In this document: positions 19,334 through 27,498 of the stretch, in pieces
Layout: every line of letters starts with the position of its first letter
Position numbering within the stretch: position 1 is the first letter of the stretch
Origin: a virus
Taxonomy: Duplodnaviria > Caudoviricetes
Virus record (IMG/VR): IMGVR_UViG_3300035498_000371
Span: 96,001 to 160,000 of that record
DNA: 64,000 nt
Direction: 5' to 3' (one strand)
The notes under the pieces: generated by a model
Seen by the model: the letters and a program-made list of their open reading frames with translations, nothing else
Databases searched by the model: none
Told to the model about the DNA's origin: nothing
Made by a program: the position numbers and the translations under genes

Positions 19334-19507
19334 ATGAAGGATAAAGGATTCGCTAGATTTGGGTATGTATTGAGAGGAGTAACTAATAAAGATATAAGGA
19401 TATTAGACGAGCATGAGATTAGATATTCTTTAAGAGGGCACGGTAACGCATATTTTGATTATTTGGATGAAAGGAATAAAGCAGCGAGGCTTCTAAATAA
19501 ATCATGA
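19334..19507 (+). CDS. Small hypothetical protein
   Basis: RBS GGAGG; late-like AACA-ATTAAG-TG at 19287. Confidence 0.55.
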   Translation: MKDKGFARFGYVLRGVTNKDIRILDEHEIRYSLRGHGNAYFDYLDERNKAARLLNKS

Positions 19508-19587
19508 TGAATACTATTCCATTTTAATTATATAATATAATCTTGTATGAATAATACAAGAATATATTTTTAAGGAGGAATAATATA

Positions 19588-19887
19588 ATGGCAGTATGCG
19601 AATATTGCAACAACGAGATGTGTGTAGGGGCATCATGTAAACCTACATTGATTATCAATGGTTCAAGATATCAGAGGATAAGATACGGAGATCCTAATGA
19701 CCTACATCCAGATCTTGCTGATGAAACAAGTTGCCCTGATTGCGGTTGCTTAAAAGGAATGTATCATCATTGGATGTGCGACATGGAGCGTTGTCCAGTA
19801 TGCGGAAATCAATTACTTATGTGCGATTGTGATATCTTTACAGACGCAGGAGTTATGTGCACCAAGATCTATGACAAGAAATCCTAA
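19588..19887 (+). CDS. Cys/His-rich Zn-binding protein
   Basis: CPDCGC..HH..CDMERCPVCG..CDC. Confidence 0.75.
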   Translation: MAVCEYCNNEMCVGASCKPTLIINGSRYQRIRYGDPNDLHPDLADETSCPDCGCLKGMYHHWMCDMERCPVCGNQLLMCDCDIFTDAGVMCTKIYDKKS

Positions 19888-19942
19888 TTTTAAAGAGCTG
19901 GAAATATTCCAGCTCTAAATTTATTTAAGGGAGGTAATTAAA

Positions 19943-20812
19943 ATGAAGCGTTATTTATTTTTGCTTTCATTATGCGTTCTTTTAGCAGGATGTGGAAAGC
20001 AACAGGAAATCACAAACGAGGATTACTACACTGAACTTGTAACAACAGAGAGTGAAACAACGACAGAAGAAATTACTACCGAAGATGAGACAGAAACAGA
20101 AGAAGATGGATGCAGTGAATCAGTAGAATCTAAAGATGAGTATGCTTATCTGGATGATAATTACGATTCTGAAGGTAATTATATTCCTGAAGGATATGCG
20201 ATGCTTGATGTAGAAGAAATTCTACAGAATCCAGAGTTACCTACAGGATGCGAATCTGTAGCTTTAACAGCTTTACTAAAATATTATGGATTCACAGATT
20301 TGGATAAGACTTACATAGCGGACAATTATCTTATCTATAGTTCTACAGGAGATTGTAAAGATGGATTTATTGGAGATCCTCATACAACTAAAGGAGCTGG
20401 ATGCTTCTCTAATGTAATGAGACAGGTTGCTGATAATTATTTATATGATCAGAACGCTAATCTTGCTGCATATGATTTATCTGGAGCTACGATAAATGAG
20501 TTACTTCAATCATTAGATTATGGAGATCCTGTATTGATATGGACAACTATTAATATGGTAGAACCATCTATAGATAAGAGCGATCTCATGGTGGGCGATT
20601 ATGAATTTTATCATAACGAGCACTGTGTTGTTCTTATGGGATATAATCTTGATGGCGAAAAGCTTTATATCATGGACCCACTTGAAGGTATTGTAGAGAG
20701 AGATTTAGACGATTTCTATGATATTTATAAGAAGATAGGAAAATATGCAGTAGTTATCTGGCAGGGTAAACCTGTACCATCATCTCAGAATGGATTCGGA
20801 TTGGAAGAATAG
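19943..20812 (+). CDS. Lipoprotein with C39-like cysteine peptidase domain
   Basis: Lipobox LLAG|C, Thr/Glu stalk, QNPELPTGCE..HCVVL..MDP. Confidence 0.8.
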   Translation: MKRYLFLLSLCVLLAGCGKQQEITNEDYYTELVTTESETTTEEITTEDETETEEDGCSESVESKDEYAYLDDNYDSEGNYIPEGYAMLDVEEILQNPELPTGCESVALTALLKYYGFTDLDKTYIADNYLIYSSTGDCKDGFIGDPHTTKGAGCFSNVMRQVADNYLYDQNANLAAYDLSGATINELLQSLDYGDPVLIWTTINMVEPSIDKSDLMVGDYEFYHNEHCVVLMGYNLDGEKLYIMDPLEGIVERDLDDFYDIYKKIGKYAVVIWQGKPVPSSQNGFGLEE

Positions 20813-20821
20813 AGGTGTTAT

Positions 20822-21490
20822 ATGAGAAATAAAGAATATTTAGAGTATACGTATAATCATAGAAAGGCAGTTATATTTGTCACAAATAAGTTTATCTCTA
20901 AAGGACTTATCACAGGAGATACGGCTTCTGCGATGATTAAAAGGGCAAAGAAGCATGATTTAGATAAAGCATTTTTATATACGCTTATTGATAAACCATT
21001 GGCTTCAAGATACCATAAGTTAACATCTTCGCACCACATGCAGGCAAACAATATTACTGATAAATGGATGCTGGATTATATCGAAGCAATAATCGATTAT
21101 GAGTCTTCGTATTATACGAAAGATGATAAACCATTAAACGCTTATGATACTATAATGAATGCCGAGAAGTATAATCTTGGTTTAAGAAACTGTGAGGAAA
21201 TGCTAAGAATTCTCAAGTCATTTGGAATGGATCGTTCATATACAGTAGATAGAAATAATCAAGAGTGGCAAGATTATTACTACGGATATATGGATAAATG
21301 CCCACCCACAGAAGAGAATATCTTATCTGAGATTTATACATATTTATTTCAGAATTTGACTACGGTACATTGTACGAATATCATTCAGGAGCTTGATCTT
21401 AAAAATAAAGATACTATTACAGCATCAATCGTAGAGAATGCTGTAATAAATAAGATTAGGCTTATGGAAAATCTACACAAAGCTAATTAA
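20822..21490 (+). CDS. HD-like domain protein
   Basis: H..HDLDK..H..SHH..EAIID. Confidence 0.55.
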   Translation: MRNKEYLEYTYNHRKAVIFVTNKFISKGLITGDTASAMIKRAKKHDLDKAFLYTLIDKPLASRYHKLTSSHHMQANNITDKWMLDYIEAIIDYESSYYTKDDKPLNAYDTIMNAEKYNLGLRNCEEMLRILKSFGMDRSYTVDRNNQEWQDYYYGYMDKCPPTEENILSEIYTYLFQNLTTVHCTNIIQELDLKNKDTITASIVENAVINKIRLMENLHKAN

Positions 21491-21553
21491 ATATATAAAG
21501 GCCAGGGTTAATTCCCTAGCCTTAAGATTTTTGTTTTTAAGGAGGGAAGTATT

Positions 21554-21910
21554 ATGATTAATGAAGGGACAGCTAGAAAAGCAGCAAGCTTATGTAGAGC
21601 AGAATATGAGGATTATTTAAATTCGTTATTAGAACGAATGAAGGAATCTAAGGTTAGTATAAATGAGAAGCAGTATAAGAATATTTATATGGCTATAAAA
21701 TGTGATATACGTAAACTAAATATGTTTGAAGGAGAGTTATACAATGAAGTATGCTCTTATAAAGAATGTGATGAAATAAAATTAGATGATATAGAACGTT
21801 ATGTTGCACGAGCCCTTAGTTTATATATCAAACCCAAAACGGCATATTGTATTGATTCATCTAATGGCATATATAAAATAATAGATGAAGGATGTGTAGA
21901 ACTTATTTAA
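21554..21910 (+). CDS. Hypothetical protein
   Basis: ORF with RBS, flanked by hairpins. Confidence 0.7.
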   Translation: MINEGTARKAASLCRAEYEDYLNSLLERMKESKVSINEKQYKNIYMAIKCDIRKLNMFEGELYNEVCSYKECDEIKLDDIERYVARALSLYIKPKTAYCIDSSNGIYKIIDEGCVELI

Positions 21911-22011
21911 TAAGTTTATTCGGCTAGGGTTCTCCTAGCCGTATTATTTTTTGCCATTTATATGAGCTAGAACTTAAATGTAATTAAAATCATTTAGGAG
22001 GTGCTTATATT

Positions 22012-22551
22012 ATGGATAAAACTGTAATTATAATCAACGGTAAAGGCGGTTGTGGTAAAGATACTTTAGTGAACTTTGTTAAGACTCAGATTGAAGATAC
22101 TTGGAATGTAAGCTCTATCGATCCTGTAAAGAAGATTGCTGCTCAGTTTGGTTATGATGAGAATAATAAGACTGATGAATGGCGCAAAGCTCTTTCTTTA
22201 ATGAAAGAAGCATTTATTACAGTAGATTATAAAGAGGTCACGATGTATCTCTTTAATAAGTTTACTTCATTTATTAGTGGAGATTATGGAGATCTCATGT
22301 TTGTACATATCAGAGAACCAGAGAATATAAAGAAGTTTATCAATGGTACTAAAGATATTGATCCAGAGCATACTTGTAAAGTTTATACTGTTCTTATAAA
22401 GAGGAAGGACACCGATAATAAAGTCTATGGTAATTCATCGGATGACGATGTAGAAAACTATGATTATGATTATACGTTTACCAATGAGGCAGGAGAGAAT
22501 ATTGATAAATATAGATTTATGATATTCTTATGTGAAGAAATACTTAAGTGA
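22012..22551 (+). CDS. P-loop nucleotide (dNMP-like) kinase
   Basis: IINGKGGCGKDT Walker A; HIREPE; YDYDY. Confidence 0.7.
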   Translation: MDKTVIIINGKGGCGKDTLVNFVKTQIEDTWNVSSIDPVKKIAAQFGYDENNKTDEWRKALSLMKEAFITVDYKEVTMYLFNKFTSFISGDYGDLMFVHIREPENIKKFINGTKDIDPEHTCKVYTVLIKRKDTDNKVYGNSSDDDVENYDYDYTFTNEAGENIDKYRFMIFLCEEILK

Positions 22552-22597
22552 AATTGCATACTATAATCTAAATAAATTAGATTGGAGGAATATATTT

Positions 22598-23329
22598 ATG
22601 GATAACAATGATAAGGTGGTAGTTACTATACCGATTCAAACGCTTTCCGAAAGTTTAAATAAGAGAACGTATGAAAGAGAACCGCTAGAGACACTATTTA
22701 ACAAAGCAAAAGAAACTTATAAATTTTATGGAGGAGTTCCTGTAGTTTATAAGGCAGAAGGCAATATGACAGCTGTTGTTGGCGTAATAAGCGATTTAGA
22801 TACTGAAACAATGCTTGGTAGATTCGGCATAAATAATGACAGCAAATATGGCAAATTTATTGCAGATAAGATCAGTAGAGGAGAACAGCTTTCATTTGAA
22901 ATATTAGCCATGGGCAAAGCAGTCATAGGAGAATCTGGATATGAAGGAATTGCTGTTGATAGAATTATGGCATTTAATATCAATGATAAAGATTTTACTA
23001 AACTTGGAAATGGTATTACTAAAGATTATGACCAAAGATCGGCAGAAATTCTTGAGCGCCTAGCTAATGAGCTTAGAAAATCTTGTCAAACTCAAAAATA
23101 TAACTTTAATGAATTTAAGGATTCTACAGGAGAATTATCTCAGCGAGTAGGCATTACGCTTAAGCGTTATGAAGATAATTGGAATGAGAATCATTCCTTG
23201 GATGAAAAAGTACATCTTGAAACTGTTACGGATGAAAAAGAAAGTACTGATAAGATTCTATCATATAATATCAAGGTATCAGGTCCTGGAGCTGATAAGT
23301 TTAGGCATGAAGTCTTTGAGGAGGATTAA
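22598..23329 (+). CDS. Possible degenerate prohead-protease-like domain plus C-terminal domain paralogous to next gene
   Basis: SLNKRTYEREPL..YGKFIADKISRGEQLSFEILAMG..IMAFNI; start reset after GGAGG. Confidence 0.5.
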   Translation: MDNNDKVVVTIPIQTLSESLNKRTYEREPLETLFNKAKETYKFYGGVPVVYKAEGNMTAVVGVISDLDTETMLGRFGINNDSKYGKFIADKISRGEQLSFEILAMGKAVIGESGYEGIAVDRIMAFNINDKDFTKLGNGITKDYDQRSAEILERLANELRKSCQTQKYNFNEFKDSTGELSQRVGITLKRYEDNWNENHSLDEKVHLETVTDEKESTDKILSYNIKVSGPGADKFRHEVFEED

Positions 23330-23331
23330 TT

Positions 23332-23628
23332 ATGCATGAATTTAATGAAAGTATAGTTCTAGATATGATGCGTGAATTAAATGATTATGCATTAATGAGA
23401 ATATTCAAGATGAAGCGTAATACTCGTATCCAGGATATTGGTAGTATATTATCTAAATATCAAGATAAATGGAACGATAATAATCCAAATGAGCAAGTTC
23501 GTCTTTTTCTTATAGGGCATGATGGATACTATAGTAATAAACCAATCATCTATAGTTTAAACATCAGTGGAGATGGAGAAAACAGATTTAAAGAATTACT
23601 ATTTGGGAAGATGTACCATTATAATTGA
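23332..23628 (+). CDS. Hypothetical, paralogue of the upstream C-terminal domain
   Basis: IGSILSKYQDKWN..V.L..YSLNISGDGENRF vs VGITLKRYEDNWN..V.L..YNIKVSGPGADKF. Confidence 0.7.
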   Translation: MHEFNESIVLDMMRELNDYALMRIFKMKRNTRIQDIGSILSKYQDKWNDNNPNEQVRLFLIGHDGYYSNKPIIYSLNISGDGENRFKELLFGKMYHYN

Positions 23629-23647
23629 TATAATTGGAGGTATGATT

Positions 23648-23842
23648 ATGCAAGATAATTCAAAGAAATTAATGTGTACAATTGTTTTACCAGACGGAGA
23701 TGAATATTGGAAAGATGAAGTTGGAGGATATCATTCTCCGCCAATAGGATGGAATCCACTAGGACGTAGTTGTGGAGAATGCTGTTCTATATCATGCATT
23801 GACTGCCCTGCAAAGGATTTGCATGAAGGAGAATATTTATAA
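23648..23842 (+). CDS. Small Cys-rich protein
   Basis: RBS GGAGG; CGECCSISCIDC. Confidence 0.6.
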   Translation: MQDNSKKLMCTIVLPDGDEYWKDEVGGYHSPPIGWNPLGRSCGECCSISCIDCPAKDLHEGEYL

Positions 23843-23859
23843 AAGAAAGGATAGATCTT

Positions 23860-24153
23860 ATGAATGATATTAATAATTATGAGAAGATATTTCACCAAAT
23901 CATACAAGATAAAGATGCTCAACCACCAGAAAATTTAATAGATTCTGTTAATTATGCTCTGAATTTTATTGACACTGAATTGCGCATAGCTTTGATTGAT
24001 CGTTATGGATTAAATTCTCATAAGCCTCATACTTATAAACAGTTAGCCGAAGAGCATAATATAACTTTTGATGTTGCTAGAGGACGCTGTGAACGAGGAT
24101 TACGAATGATGAGAAAACCACAACCATATCATGTAGTAAAATATGGACGATAG
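23860..24153 (+). CDS. Stand-alone sigma70 region-4-like HTH protein
   Basis: LIDRYGL..HTYKQLAEEHNIT..RGLRMMRKP parallels RpoD region 4. Confidence 0.7.
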   Translation: MNDINNYEKIFHQIIQDKDAQPPENLIDSVNYALNFIDTELRIALIDRYGLNSHKPHTYKQLAEEHNITFDVARGRCERGLRMMRKPQPYHVVKYGR

Positions 24154-24262
24154 AGGGAAACCTCTATCGTTTCTATTAAGCATTTTATTTTTTTAAATAT
24201 GGATTCGTTTATATATTATAATTATGCTTAAATAATCTTAGTAAAGAAAGGAAAATAAATTT

Positions 24263-24745
24263 ATGGCTATTAATTTTTATTTAACGTACAAAGATTCTAT
24301 GTTGTTGGAGGACGTGCTCAAGACAGAATTAGCAAAAGAGGTTGATGAGTACACTCTAAATAGAATCATTAACAACGACTACATTAATTTCATCAATAAT
24401 GTAGGTAGGAGGATATTATTAAATGGTGAAGATTATGCCGATTATTGCAGCGAAGAATCTTATCTTACTATAAGATATATGGGCAATGATTGCTATACAT
24501 TAATGGTAGAGCGTATTCCTAGTAAAAATGATGTAAAGAAAACTATGGTATTTGAAAATGTAAAAATTGCTACCAACACAAAATACCAATATCATTTGGT
24601 TATTCCTAAAAAAGATATAGTGTTAGAACAGGAAAATTGGTCTGAAGAGGAATGGAAAACAATACTTAAAGTTTTTAACGTTGATAGTGCAGGTGCAATA
24701 AAAGTTAGTTCATTTAAACTATTTGGCGCTTTGAAAGGAGAATAA
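24263..24745 (+). CDS. Hypothetical early protein
   Basis: ORF; early motif 24212. Confidence 0.7.
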   Translation: MAINFYLTYKDSMLLEDVLKTELAKEVDEYTLNRIINNDYINFINNVGRRILLNGEDYADYCSEESYLTIRYMGNDCYTLMVERIPSKNDVKKTMVFENVKIATNTKYQYHLVIPKKDIVLEQENWSEEEWKTILKVFNVDSAGAIKVSSFKLFGALKGE

Positions 24746-24752
24746 GTCGATT

Positions 24753-25157
24753 ATGATAATGAAAGGAAAATATGATTTTCTAAGTAATTTCTACCCATGT
24801 ACGTTACAGTACATGGGTATTACTTATCAAAATTCTGAAGCAGCATTTCAGGCACAAAAATGTCCTGAAAGAGCAATTGAATTTGCTAATCTTGATCCTA
24901 GTAGAGCTAAGCGTCTAGGAAGAAGAGTAAAGCTAAGGTCTGATTGGGAAGAAGTTAAAATACCAATTATGTATCAGATATTAGAGGCTAAGTTTTCCAA
25001 TCCTGAATTGATGAATAGATTACTTCAGGTTGAAGGAGAAATAGTTGAAGAAACTACGTGGGGCGATACATTCTGGGGAGTTTGTAAAAGTAAAGGAAAT
25101 AATATGCTTGGAAAACTTCTTATGGATATTCGTGATAGAAATAAAACAATGTGCTAG
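24753..25157 (+). CDS. NADAR (YbiA-like) family protein
   Basis: FLSNFY, SEAAFQAQK, AKRLGR, WGDTFWG, NMLGKLLM. Confidence 0.9.
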   Translation: MIMKGKYDFLSNFYPCTLQYMGITYQNSEAAFQAQKCPERAIEFANLDPSRAKRLGRRVKLRSDWEEVKIPIMYQILEAKFSNPELMNRLLQVEGEIVEETTWGDTFWGVCKSKGNNMLGKLLMDIRDRNKTMC

Positions 25158-25172
25158 AGGAGGGAACGAAAT

Positions 25173-25958
25173 ATGACAACAAATTCACTGTGGAACAAAA
25201 TGAAAGACAAGCTTGCGAAGGATATTGAATTCTATCAGTCGCAAGTTGTTACACCTAACGCTAATGTTGACCATCCAGAAGTTAGGTTATCAGAATGCAA
25301 ATCTCAGTTACAATTTATGATTAATACTGAGTGTGCAAATGATGTAAGAATAACCAAAATTAAAGAAGATTATAAGAATTCTGATATCGTAATGAGTGAG
25401 TTATTAAGAAATTCTTATCATAGCGAGCTTACAACAGATGAGATTAAATATCTTTTACTATGGTCAGGGGATTATGACGATATTACAAACGTCGATGAAT
25501 ATGTTTCAAGCATAGCAGCACCAGAAATTATTGTTATTGATAGCGATTATAATAAAGCTAGTGATTTAACAACGTGTCTTGATTTTATAATGCATGGAAA
25601 TTATAAGCTTCATAAAATTAGAGCTTATACCAATGCAGTTCTTTATTTTATCGATAACGTTATTACCACTGGCAATGCTCGTAACTGTATACTAATAATG
25701 GATTTAGATTTCTTTACTCATGAAGGAGGAGATCTTAAACGAGGAATTGGTTACAAGATGCTTACTGAACTTGAAAGACATGACGCTAATATTAGAACTA
25801 TTATCACATCTTCTTATGAACCTGAGAAGAGCATGATTGATTATCCATTTGTGGTTGGTAATATTGTATTGGATGAATCTTCTAATTTTAGAGCCTATCC
25901 AGAGAGCAAACTCAGAGAATTAATCAACAAAGCTTTGGAGGATAGAAAGAATGAGTAA
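25173..25958 (+). CDS. Hypothetical protein with receiver-like C-terminal domain
   Basis: IIVIDSD..LIMDLDF..GYKML..IITSS. Confidence 0.5.
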   Translation: MTTNSLWNKMKDKLAKDIEFYQSQVVTPNANVDHPEVRLSECKSQLQFMINTECANDVRITKIKEDYKNSDIVMSELLRNSYHSELTTDEIKYLLLWSGDYDDITNVDEYVSSIAAPEIIVIDSDYNKASDLTTCLDFIMHGNYKLHKIRAYTNAVLYFIDNVITTGNARNCILIMDLDFFTHEGGDLKRGIGYKMLTELERHDANIRTIITSSYEPEKSMIDYPFVVGNIVLDESSNFRAYPESKLRELINKALEDRKNE

Positions 25959-26532
25959 AATAATAGCTATAAGTCAAAGAGATAAAGATAGATATGGTTG
26001 CCCAAATTGTGGATGCGACGTTTCAATATGCAATAATTTTTATGGTATGGGAGCATTACCTGTAACATGCGAAGAATGCCATACAAAATATGTAATATTG
26101 GCTGATGATTTAGATAAATCTCCGATTGGATTTGGAACTGCTGATGGGAAAACTTATTACCCAGAGGTTGTAGAGCATCCTCGTAAGGGAATTCCATGGC
26201 ATCCATATGAATGGCCAGACCCCAGACCAGACGGCGAAGGAGAATTCTGTAGACCTAGAGGTATAGGATATGACTTGGCATGTTTTGTCAAATCAAAGAA
26301 GGCTGGAGAAAGACTGCTTGATATGGTAAAAGAAGTTCTTGGAAATGAGGAACCAAAGAGTTGGCTAGATTACAGGCCAAGAGAACCAAAATGGATTCAG
26401 TTTAAGTTTCAAAAAGAAGAGTTTGATCTTGAGAAACTGGAGAAACAGCTTACTGATAATAATCGTATAGTAACAATAGGTATTCTTAATGATTGTGCTA
26501 TTAAGGAGGTGAGTAATAATGAAGAGAATTAG
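25951..26532 (+). CDS. Zn-ribbon hypothetical protein
   Basis: CPNC..CEEC. Confidence 0.7.
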   Translation: MSKIIAISQRDKDRYGCPNCGCDVSICNNFYGMGALPVTCEECHTKYVILADDLDKSPIGFGTADGKTYYPEVVEHPRKGIPWHPYEWPDPRPDGEGEFCRPRGIGYDLACFVKSKKAGERLLDMVKEVLGNEEPKSWLDYRPREPKWIQFKFQKEEFDLEKLEKQLTDNNRIVTIGILNDCAIKEVSNNEEN

Positions 26533-27094
26533 AGCTATTGTTGCTGGAGGTAGAACGTTTAATAATTATCGAAAGATGTGCGAAATCTTAGATTCATATC
26601 TTAATCCTGAAGAAGATTATATAACGATAATCTCTGGTATGGCTAAAGGAGCAGATATCTTAGGAGAGCAGTATGCCATAGAGCATAATATAAATCTAAT
26701 TCAATGCCCAGCATTATGGGAGAAGAATGGTAAATATGCTGGGTATATGCGCAATAAGCAGATGGCAGATATTGCTACAGACGAACCAGATTGTGAAGCA
26801 ATATTATTTGCTTTCTGGAATGGTAAATCTAGAGGAACTAAAAACATGATAGATCTTGCCAATAAATACGGTATGAGGGTAATAATTACAAACTATATTG
26901 ATGATTCTCAATCTCTTAAGCATTTTGAACCTAAGAATCATAAGTACACATATGATTTTGTACTGTTTAAGATTGCTGAAGGAAGATTTAGCTATGGTAA
27001 GATCAAGAGCAGAAATGAAGATGGCACTTACGACATAGAGACGTATAACTATCTATTCACTAGTGTACCAGAAGAAGATTTATTTCCAGTGTAA
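26519..27094 (+). CDS. SLOG family (YspA-like) protein
   Basis: IVAGGR, IISGMAKGAD, AGYMRN, FWNGKSRGTKNMI. Confidence 0.85.
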   Translation: MKRIRAIVAGGRTFNNYRKMCEILDSYLNPEEDYITIISGMAKGADILGEQYAIEHNINLIQCPALWEKNGKYAGYMRNKQMADIATDEPDCEAILFAFWNGKSRGTKNMIDLANKYGMRVIITNYIDDSQSLKHFEPKNHKYTYDFVLFKIAEGRFSYGKIKSRNEDGTYDIETYNYLFTSVPEEDLFPV

Positions 27095-27108
27095 GAAAGG
27101 AGTATATT

Positions 27109-27396
27109 ATGAAAGAAGTAACAGTTCATTTAGAAGAGCATCTTGTAAAGACTTTTAAAGTTGAAGTAGATACTGATGATTCCGATGAAGCTATGGATAT
27201 AGCAGAACAAGCAGTATTAAGAGAATATGATGATGGTAATATCGTGCTCACAGCAGATGATTACAATAATACTACATTGATTCATGCAGAGATAGATGGA
27301 TTTGATACTGAATGGAGAGAAACATATCGGGTTAAAGATGATTCTTATACCAAAGAACAGCTTAAAGAGATGTGCAAGATACGAGAAGATAAATAA
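27109..27396 (+). CDS. DpnD/PcfM-like protein
   Basis: V.LEEHL..F.VEV..EA..Y..G.IVLTADDY. Confidence 0.6.
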   Translation: MKEVTVHLEEHLVKTFKVEVDTDDSDEAMDIAEQAVLREYDDGNIVLTADDYNNTTLIHAEIDGFDTEWRETYRVKDDSYTKEQLKEMCKIREDK

Positions 27397-27498
27397 AAAA
27401 TATATACGGCTAGGCCATTGTGCCTAGCCAATTTATTATTTTTTTGCTTAATCTTACTCCTCGGACAATAAAATAATTAATGAAAGGAGGCTAAGTAT

